From Kiritimatiella glycovorans (GTDB taxonomy: Bacteria > Verrucomicrobiota > Kiritimatiellia > Kiritimatiellales > Kiritimatiellaceae): DNA of 32,000 nt. The DNA lies in assembly GCF_001017655.1 (NCBI RefSeq), contig NZ_CP010904.1, positions 330,001 through 362,000 of the forward strand, read 5' to 3'. Shown here in pieces: positions 18,001 to 24,194 of the stretch. Position 1 is the stretch's first letter. Every line of letters begins with the position of its first letter. The notes under the pieces were generated by a model. It was given only the letters and a program-made list of their open reading frames with translations, had not been told where the DNA came from and ran no database searches. Position numbers and translations under genes: made by a program.

Positions 18001-19081
18001 CGGAGAGGATCACCTCGGCGCCGGGATCTCGGTCGGTTCGAACGGCGCAGTCGTGCTCGCCCATGGTCATCGCATGATCGCTCCGCTGCTGGCGTACGAG
18101 GGCGATCTTCGCGGCTGGCATCATCTCGCCGTGGTCTTTCGCGAGGGGGTGCCGGAGCTGTACGTCGACGGGGCCAGGGTCGCGACCGGCCGGGTCTCGC
18201 CGCGAACCGTTCACCCGTCCACGGGTGTGGAGCACCCACGCAGGGTGCCCGTGTTTGCGGGCAAGGTCGCGGGATTGCGTCAGCGCGCTGCGTCGTTAAC
18301 CGCCGAAGCCATCCGAACGCTCGCGGAGGACACCGCGCCGCCGGAAGCCGCGTTCGGCGGAATTCCGCTGCAGCTCGTGCGTTCGGACGATGGAGTCATC
18401 GCCACAGGCGGGCGTCCGGGCGCGTATACGGCGCGAACATCGCGCGGCGAGACGCACACATGGACGGTCGATCCGGTGGATTCATCAAAGATCGAGGGGC
18501 CGTGGTCGCTCAGCTTCCCCCCGGATAAAGGCGCACCGTCTTCGGCACAATTCGCCGAATTGCATTCATGGACCGAATCCGATGAGCCCGGGGTGAAGTA
18601 CTTCTCCGGCACCGCGACGTACAAGAAGACATTTCAAGCCGATCCGCGTCTCGCGGGGTCGGACCGGGTATGGCTCGATCTCGGCCGGGTGAAGAACGTC
18701 GCCGAGGTCCGGCTGAACGGAATCGATCTGGGGGTTCTCTGGAAGCCCCCGTTCCGAATGGAGGTTACCGACGCGCTGCGCCGCGGATCGAACGAGCTTG
18801 AGGTCCGGGTCACTAATCTCTGGCCGAACCGCTTGATCGGGGACGAGAAAATGCATCCCGATCCCTCGCTCGACTACCATCCTCGCGGGCCGAACTGGTC
18901 GGCCGCCGGGCCGCTGCAGCACATTCCGGACTGGGTGCGCGAGGGCGGCGAAAGCCCCGTCGGCCGAACGACGTTCGTGCTCTGGAAGTTCTACGACGGC
19001 GAGGCCCCCCTGCTGGAATCGGGCCTGATGGGGCCGGTGGAGCTTCTGCCTGTTCAGGAGCGGCGTCTGGGCGCGCCCTAA
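15080..19081 (+). CDS. large secreted glycoside hydrolase, GH106-like (alpha-L-rhamnosidase family), with LamG-like insertion
   Basis: AGGAGG lies 5 nt upstream and the N-terminus is a signal peptide (MRKIGCGVVLSVLVMAGLVRGA). The N-terminal motif FQSPPDEARPWVYWFWMNGNVTEEGITADLEAMHDVGIGG and the C-terminal jelly roll (VWLDLGRVKNVAEVRLNGIDLGVLWKPPFRMEVTDALRRGSNELEVRVTNLWPNRLIGDE) match my memory of PF17132/GH106-type proteins. A LamG-like segment (FTMAGWVEP...WHHLAVVFREGVPELYVDGARV) lies at about 17850-18215. The family call was not verified by HMM. Confidence 0.6.
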   Translation: MRKIGCGVVLSVLVMAGLVRGADLEARFQSPPDEARPWVYWFWMNGNVTEEGITADLEAMHDVGIGGALIMGVGLRTPHGPADFNSPLWRDLYAHAADEAQRLGMHLTLHQCDGWATAGGKWIDPERSIKMFVSTTKEVTGPVDAPIQLEHPEVRENFYEEVATLAVPVSAESVANPVRATAHGEPAPALIDGDPMTGVPVGRYELVLDAPQRIRSVVMRMPKARFHLGPDVRTTVEVSVDGQRFGPVAEFVINASHHHGPRTTLTVSFPERRARFVRIRPERTMPNEIGEIEVSAEPRVHLWEVKAGFAREREHGGETAWIDAAPFPSYELPAGRVADTDEVLDLTDRLEEDGTLNWTVPEGRWRIVRFGMTSTGKHVAPGTHAGRGLEADKMSGEAIRHHFNAFAREMIEEHNTAPGEPIYSVHTDSWESGLHTWSSHFREEFETRRGYEMTPWLPVLATGTVIGSPEESERFLWDVRRTMADLIRDNFYGQMRELCHASGVQFQSEAAGRQMFMYDPLEYASKTDIYVGEFWTMDAVRVDCRIAGSAAHTYNRPLAAAESFTSGHGGFAYDMFDVKPLGDRAFCEGINRYIIHRYCMQPFNNVEPGMTFGPYGINFERTQTWWNNGAKAWCDYVRRCQAMLQSGRFVADVIHYIGHDAPNFLGHREDLWSPVPAGYDFDGCNLEILRQLTVAEDGNLVLPHGMRYRVLLLPNRAHMTLEAVREVERLVRAGAVAVGPKPVRTPGLQDYRRRDAALREIADRVWGGVEGETVQEHRYGRGRVIFGPSLEEVLNAMAPPDFDYTVKDADTTVHYIHRREGDADFYFVANANRGAAIDAALRFRVSGRAPELWDPATGTITRPAVYREAGGVTELPVHLDPAGSVFVVFRRPAQADRLVAVTRDGASCFPFEERHETETPLATDANNADVTDTFTMAGWVEPESTIPLPDESARSMVLSGMNYVVYAAPGHEVYGEDHLGAGISVGSNGAVVLAHGHRMIAPLLAYEGDLRGWHHLAVVFREGVPELYVDGARVATGRVSPRTVHPSTGVEHPRRVPVFAGKVAGLRQRAASLTAEAIRTLAEDTAPPEAAFGGIPLQLVRSDDGVIATGGRPGAYTARTSRGETHTWTVDPVDSSKIEGPWSLSFPPDKGAPSSAQFAELHSWTESDEPGVKYFSGTATYKKTFQADPRLAGSDRVWLDLGRVKNVAEVRLNGIDLGVLWKPPFRMEVTDALRRGSNELEVRVTNLWPNRLIGDEKMHPDPSLDYHPRGPNWSAAGPLQHIPDWVREGGESPVGRTTFVLWKFYDGEAPLLESGLMGPVELLPVQERRLGAP

Positions 19082-19111
19082 ACACGGGCTCACGGCAGGA
19101 AGGGGTGTACC

Positions 19112-20245
19112 CTACCGTTCTTTCTGTTCCCACGGCCAGGGATACGGGGCTTTCGGCTTCCATTCGGCGGGATTGAGCGAGGCCAGGTAGTGGTAGGCCG
19201 TGCGTTGATTTTCGGGCGGCGTCTCGGGGCCGACGACGTTGCTCGTGAACAGGAAGAGCCCCTTGCCGCCGTCGGTGGCGTCCATGATGTAATCGATGTC
19301 GTTCTTCTGATCCTGCGCATCGCCGTAGGGGAGGGTGCGGGTGATGTTCAGCCCGCCCATCAGGATAATCCGTTCGCCCCGGGGACCGCGTCGTTTGGTC
19401 AGCTCGAACGGATCGACGCCGCATTCGTACTGGAAGCCCTGGAATCCCGAGTAGCCCGCCGCGATCATGTCGTCGACGATCGGCATGACGTTCCCGTCGC
19501 AGTGGTGGATCAGCCGGATGCCGGCCTCTACAAAGGGTTCGAGCGCGTACTTTGAATGCGGCCAGTACCGTTCGCGCAGGAATACGGGCGAACACATCGG
19601 ACCCACCTGGTTACAGATGTCGTGACCGGTGAACATCATGCGCGGGAGGTCGTACTTTTCGATCAGCTCGAGGTGAACGTAGTTGGTGCGGCGCGCGAGT
19701 ACCGCCGATTCCCAGAAGATCTTTTCCACCTCGTCGGGGTAGAGCGCGATCGCTTCCAGAAAGGCCTCGTAGCCGTAGATCGCAAACAGCGTGAAATTGG
19801 CCGAGACCCCCCAGTCGTTCGGGATCAGCACAAAGTCCCCGGTACGTTCCACGTTCATGGCGTAACTGTCCCGAATCCCCTTTTCCATCGCCTCGAGATC
19901 CGCCGCGCGTCGAGACAGCACCTCCTCTTCGGTGTCTCCGATGCCCTGCGCGTATTCGTACAGATCGTCGGCATCGCAATCGGCGAAGGACTCCTCCTGG
20001 ATCTCTCCCTGACGAATCTCGTCGAGATTTTCAGGGTCGGGCACGGCGGGCGGCACCAGTCCGTCGACCAGAAGATTGCGATTGGCCTTCAACGCGCCGC
20101 CAAGCGGGTCGGCGCGATATTCCTCGAGACGGATCTCCGCCAGTTCGCAGACGTTGCGCGTGCCCAGCATCCAGCCCCCAAGCATCGGGACCCTGTCGAC
20201 GGGTTCATCGGCCAGTTGACGAAATATGCGTTCTTTGCGGTCCAT
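19112..20245 (-). CDS. uroporphyrinogen decarboxylase (URO-D) family protein, MtaA/CmuA-like
   Basis: 377 aa. It has the N-terminal ...EPVDRVP motif, GHDICNQVGPMCSPVFLRERYWP and IRLIHHCDGNVMPIVDDMIAAGYSGFQ. The His-x-Cys (codons at about 19499-19507) resembles the zinc motif of URO-D-fold methyltransferases. Confidence 0.7.
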   Translation of the reverse strand: MDRKERIFRQLADEPVDRVPMLGGWMLGTRNVCELAEIRLEEYRADPLGGALKANRNLLVDGLVPPAVPDPENLDEIRQGEIQEESFADCDADDLYEYAQGIGDTEEEVLSRRAADLEAMEKGIRDSYAMNVERTGDFVLIPNDWGVSANFTLFAIYGYEAFLEAIALYPDEVEKIFWESAVLARRTNYVHLELIEKYDLPRMMFTGHDICNQVGPMCSPVFLRERYWPHSKYALEPFVEAGIRLIHHCDGNVMPIVDDMIAAGYSGFQGFQYECGVDPFELTKRRGPRGERIILMGGLNITRTLPYGDAQDQKNDIDYIMDATDGGKGLFLFTSNVVGPETPPENQRTAYHYLASLNPAEWKPKAPYPWPWEQKER

Positions 20246-20349
20246 GGTCCATTCTCCATCGGGTTGACGTTCGCGATCCGATCAGAACCTTATCTTCTTT
20301 CCTGTTCCGGACTTGCGCAATATCCCTGATCGGCATTTAATAATACTAA

Positions 20350-21147
20350 ATGAACATATTGAATCATATAGAGCATTTCAGGGCGGATGATTGCGTCTAT
20401 AATAAACATGGCACCTTGGGTCCGCGTATTCAGACGGGGTTGGAGCTGTTTTACATTTACCGCGGTTCGGCACGGGTGGAGATCGACGGCGTGGAGCGTC
20501 GGGTGGGGGCGGGGCGGGTCACGCTGCTGACGCCGGGTCATGTGGAGTGGTTTCGTTTTTCGGAGCGTGAGCCGACGCATCACGGGTATGGGGTGATCGG
20601 GGGCGGGTCGGTGCCCGAGCGTATGGCGTCCGAGCCGGAGGCCCTGGGTCGCGTGTATTCGATGACGCCGCGTATACGCGAGGTGACCGAGTGGGCGAAG
20701 ACGCTGGAGCGGGATGAAACGCCGTCCGGACGTGCTCTGCAGTGTGAATTGGTGCGGGTGCTGTTCATGGAGTTCTTCCGTATCGCGGGTTACCCGGAGC
20801 GTCCGGAACCGCTCCCGCCGGAGCCGTTTCGCCGGGCACGATCCTTCGTTGACGACCACTATGCGGAGGAGATCGATCTGGAACGGATTGCCGCGGCGGC
20901 CGGCGTGACCCCCGCCCATACCATCCGTCTCTTCCGCCGTTTTCAGCACGAGACGCCGATCCGCTATCTGTGGCGCGTGCGTACCTCGCACGGCGCGCGC
21001 ATGCTGGTCGAGACGGGACTGAGCATCGCCGAAATCGCCTATCGCTGCGGCTTTCGTGCGCCCTACCATTTCGCGCGGCTCATCCGGAAACGCACCGGCG
21101 TCACGCCGCGCGAGTACCGGGCCAGGCAGTGGCGCATTGCGGAGTGA
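20350..21147 (+). CDS. AraC-family transcriptional regulator (cupin N-domain + HTH)
   Basis: The C-terminal dual HTH reads IDLERIAAAAGVTPAHTIRLFRR...LSIAEIAYRCGFRAPYHFARLIRKRTGVTPREYR. The gene is divergent from the URO-D gene across a 104-bp AT-rich gap. Confidence 0.9.
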   Translation: MNILNHIEHFRADDCVYNKHGTLGPRIQTGLELFYIYRGSARVEIDGVERRVGAGRVTLLTPGHVEWFRFSEREPTHHGYGVIGGGSVPERMASEPEALGRVYSMTPRIREVTEWAKTLERDETPSGRALQCELVRVLFMEFFRIAGYPERPEPLPPEPFRRARSFVDDHYAEEIDLERIAAAAGVTPAHTIRLFRRFQHETPIRYLWRVRTSHGARMLVETGLSIAEIAYRCGFRAPYHFARLIRKRTGVTPREYRARQWRIAE

Positions 21148-21227
21148 GAGGGGAGCGTAAATCGGGACCGGGATCGGAAAGATGAATGAGAAGAGCACAG
21201 GCAAAGAAATCGTGCGTTCTCCCTTAC

Positions 21228-21361
21228 GTTCGCAGTAGACCCGAAGGTCCGCGCTCCGGAAAAAGTTCGTAGTAGGCCCGCAGGCCTGCGAAGCAGGGCC
21301 AGGGCCGTTATCTTCACGCGCCTGGCCTGCCGGGGGGCAGGCGTGCGGCGCTACTACGAAC
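21228..21361 (+). repeat. REP-like singlet plus REPIN-like inverted doublet with a GTAG-containing head
   Basis: The head GTTCG(C/T)AGTAG occurs at 21228-21238 and 21265-21275, and inverted (CTACTACGAAC) at 21351-21361. Each head is followed by a short GC palindrome: GACCcgaaGGTC, GGCCTGCgaaGCAGGGCC, and GCCTGCCggggGGCAGGC in the inverted arm. Positions 21265-21361 can fold as a ~97-nt long hairpin. Confidence 0.6.
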
Positions 21362-21521
21362 GTTTGTCGTCTCCCATCCCGAACCCGGTATCCTCTGTGT
21401 CCTGTGGTGAGTCCCGATCCCGATTCTGATTCCTATTCCCCCAAACCAACCTTCATGCTCTTCTTGTCCTTCATGGTTAATGCCTATTCCGCCTTGTTTT
21501 TATCTGTAGGATAGGTTAACA

Positions 21522-23384
21522 ATGCGCATGAATAATATACGAAACATATTGATAGGTGTGCTGTTGCTGGGTTCGGTTCAGGGGGGGTCGGCGGATTACC
21601 TGGTCACCTGGAACTGTGAGACGGGGGTGGAGGGGCGTCCGGATAAGCCGTCGCCGGAGGTCAACGGACATCCGTGGGGTGCCTCGTATACTGGAGAGCA
21701 TATCCTCGCCGCGCGTTCCCTGCTCGACGTGGTTCCCGCGAGTGCAGAGAAGTGGGCCTACGTCGTTCCACGGTCCTCCACGCGCTCGGACCAGGCGTTT
21801 ATCCGCATCCGGGTCGCCTGCGAACCGGACTATGCGCTTTGTGCGACCAACCTTTCGGTCGCGCTGCATTCCGCGGCGGGAGGGTCAGAGAAACTCGCTG
21901 TGCGGTGGAGCGTCGATGATTTCGCCTCGGATCTGGAACTGGAGCACACGGGAAACCGGCTCGACTTCCGGTGCGGACCGCTCGACACCGAGGGGCAGAC
22001 GGAATCCTCGATCGAATTTCATGTCTACAACTGGGGCAGTGAAAAGGGTACGACGTATATCCGCCGAATCGGCCCCGGCCCCGAAGTGTCGGTATCCGGC
22101 TTTCTGCGCGAGGTGACGGAGAAGGCCGGGGTCGCCATAACACAGGGCGACATGGCCCGCTGCATGACTCCGCCCCGGACCGTGACCAACGAACCGAAAC
22201 ACGATGCGCAGGGTCGGTTGCTTCCCCACCAGTCGTACCACCGGTTTATCAAGCGCGGCATGGATTTCGTCCTCTACGGTCAGGATGAGTTCTTTCAGGG
22301 CGACCTCATGAAGGATGAAAGCGGTCGCGAGCTTCCGCCCTATTACTCCTACGCCAAATGTCGCGGCGTCGGCGTCCCCTACGGGAGCCTCTCCGGACAG
22401 GCCGTCTACCCCGGCTTTCATCATTCCATTTTTATTGAAACGCTGCTCACATATCACGCGTACAGCGGGAACGAGGATGCCCTGAAGGAGGCGATCCGGA
22501 TCGGCGACTGGAATATCGCGCATCGAACCCCGGCGGAAGGGCAGTATCCCAACCTGGCCTGGAGCACGTTCATCCAGGGCAAGCCCGGAGGGTTCCACGA
22601 CAAAGACGCCATTATGACCGATAAGGCGGCGATCATGGGGCTGGCCTGGTTCCGGCTCTACGAGGCGACCGGCGAGGAGCGCTTTCTGGCGGCGGCGCGC
22701 GAAACGGCCGAATCGCTCGCCGCGAACGTCCTCCCGGAGGGACGGCTGCCCTTCCGCGTCGAGCCCGTCAGCGGCGAGGTGCGCGAGGACTATACCAGCA
22801 GTCAGATCTTCGCCGTCATGCTGATGGAAAAACTCGATGCGGAGAGCGGAGAGACGCGTTTTGAACCTGTACGGGGAGAGATGATCGAATGGCTCCTGCA
22901 GGGACCCGTCGAATCGATGGACTGGCGTGGTTTTTATGAAGATGTCGGCGACCGCCCGGAAAACCGCACCAACTGGGACGCGATCGAGACCGCGCGTTAC
23001 TTTATTCGCCGCCGCGACCGCGATCCGCGCTACCTTCCGGCGGCGATGAGGCTCTACGAGTGGATGGACGAGATGTTTGTTGCGCGCGAACACTACTACA
23101 GCCCCGCGGAGGGCTTCCGCGAACAGCTCGTCTGCTACAACATCATGGGCGTTCACACCCTCCACTGGGCTCAGCTTCTCACCGATCTGTACGAACTCAC
23201 CGGCGATCAGGAATACAGGCGGCGGGTGCGGCAGATCCTCAATTTCGCCACCTACCTCCAGGCGGATAACGACCGGATCGTCGTCGGCCCCTGGCACGTC
23301 CCGTTCTGGTACAGTTGCCACTTCGGCAGTGTTCATATGATGATGGAGATCCTGGACCGGTATCCCGAGTGGCTGGAGGAATGA
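21522..23384 (+). CDS. secreted protein with predicted (alpha/alpha)-toroid, six-hairpin glycosidase/lyase-like C-terminal domain
   Basis: The N-terminus is a signal peptide (MRMNNIRNILIGVLLLGSVQGGSA). The first ~200 aa look beta-rich. They are followed by repeated aromatic-rich helix pairs (LLTYHAYSGNEDALKEAIRIGDW; IMGLAWFRLYEATGEERFLAAARETAESL; ETARYFIRRRD..YLPAAMRLYEWM; HWAQLLTDLYELTGDQEYRRRVRQILNF). The fold call is pattern-based only. Confidence 0.5.
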   Translation: MRMNNIRNILIGVLLLGSVQGGSADYLVTWNCETGVEGRPDKPSPEVNGHPWGASYTGEHILAARSLLDVVPASAEKWAYVVPRSSTRSDQAFIRIRVACEPDYALCATNLSVALHSAAGGSEKLAVRWSVDDFASDLELEHTGNRLDFRCGPLDTEGQTESSIEFHVYNWGSEKGTTYIRRIGPGPEVSVSGFLREVTEKAGVAITQGDMARCMTPPRTVTNEPKHDAQGRLLPHQSYHRFIKRGMDFVLYGQDEFFQGDLMKDESGRELPPYYSYAKCRGVGVPYGSLSGQAVYPGFHHSIFIETLLTYHAYSGNEDALKEAIRIGDWNIAHRTPAEGQYPNLAWSTFIQGKPGGFHDKDAIMTDKAAIMGLAWFRLYEATGEERFLAAARETAESLAANVLPEGRLPFRVEPVSGEVREDYTSSQIFAVMLMEKLDAESGETRFEPVRGEMIEWLLQGPVESMDWRGFYEDVGDRPENRTNWDAIETARYFIRRRDRDPRYLPAAMRLYEWMDEMFVAREHYYSPAEGFREQLVCYNIMGVHTLHWAQLLTDLYELTGDQEYRRRVRQILNFATYLQADNDRIVVGPWHVPFWYSCHFGSVHMMMEILDRYPEWLEE

Positions 23385-24061
23385 AGATCTCTGAAAACAG
23401 AAGAGGATTCACGCTCATCGAGATGCTGGTGACGGTCGCGATTATAGCCGTCCTGCTGTCTATCCTGGTCCCGGCTACAAACCGGGCTCGTATTTCGGCG
23501 GTGCGCGCAGCCTCGCGGGGGAACCTCCGCGAACTGCACCGGCTCATGCTCGAATACGCGGAGGATCACGGCGGCCGCACCGTGCGAAAAGACCAGTGGG
23601 ATGTGGGCAACTGGATACTGGAACTTTATCGGCAGGGATATTTCCAGTATACGGAAAATGGCGCGCTGGAGAACTGGAATACACGCGACAAGAACGAGAT
23701 GCTTTTTTCGCCTCTGGGCGTGATGGCCCATAAGGATTCGTTCAACCCTCCCGGTACGCACAAGACCTTTGCCATGAATTACAACTGCCAGGGAGTCAAC
23801 ATCATCAGCATCGCCACACCCGCGGAGACGGTCATGTTCTGTCCCTCCAAGTGGGTGGAATCGCTGGGGACCTGGACGGCGGTGTCGATGGGCAAAAACG
23901 CGCTGTTCAATAATCCGGACTGCTTCAACCCACCCTGGCCGGCGGCACAGGACGATCCGGCCGCGACCATGGATTACATCGCAGTGGACGGGCATGTGGG
24001 CACGATCGCGCGCAGGGACATTCCGGAGAACACGAATGAACGGTTCTGGTTGCCGCGATAG
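23381..24061 (+). CDS. prepilin-type N-terminal cleavage/methylation domain protein (pseudopilin-like)
   Basis: I start it at ATG 23381, overlapping the upstream stop (ATGA), with GGAGGA immediately upstream. It has a class-III signal (RRGFTLIEMLVTVAIIAVLLSILVPA) and the C-terminal ...YIAVDGHVGT motif common in PVC pseudopilin-like proteins. Confidence 0.8.
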   Translation: MKISENRRGFTLIEMLVTVAIIAVLLSILVPATNRARISAVRAASRGNLRELHRLMLEYAEDHGGRTVRKDQWDVGNWILELYRQGYFQYTENGALENWNTRDKNEMLFSPLGVMAHKDSFNPPGTHKTFAMNYNCQGVNIISIATPAETVMFCPSKWVESLGTWTAVSMGKNALFNNPDCFNPPWPAAQDDPAATMDYIAVDGHVGTIARRDIPENTNERFWLPR

Positions 24062-24110
24062 GGTTTCGCCAAAAGGGAGCTGAATAGCGGATGATTCATG
24101 CCCCGCAAAG

Positions 24111-24171
24111 GTAGGGCGCGATGTCCCCATCGGCCCGGAAAGCGGCCGGTTGCGGAGAACCGTCCCTGCCT
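24111..24171 (+). repeat. GTAGGGCGCGAT...GTCCCTGCCT intergenic repeat, copy 1
   Basis: It starts with the same gtagggcgcgat(g/c)tcc and ends with the same gtccctgcct as the copy at 26098-26168. It lies just 3' of the P3 stop. An adjacent perfect 8-bp inverted repeat, CCTGCCTC (24165-24172) / GAGGCAGG (24186-24193), abuts the stop codon. Confidence 0.5.
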
Positions 24172-24194
24172 CCGCCCTGGCTGGTGAGGCAGGA

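Noticed and set aside
15014-18235. 1073-aa ORF antisense to the GH106-like gene
   Set aside because: It is a typical high-GC shadow ORF. Its composition is Arg/Gly/Pro/His-rich with no recognisable motifs. The sense strand has an SD, a signal peptide and clear family motifs.
21265-21361. tRNA or other cloverleaf RNA (an outer stem plus three internal hairpins)
   Set aside because: An 11-bp or longer outer stem, a 97-nt length and these stem sizes do not fit tRNA geometry. There are no T-loop or D-loop consensus sequences. The arms are homologous to each other, which fits an inverted REP doublet better.
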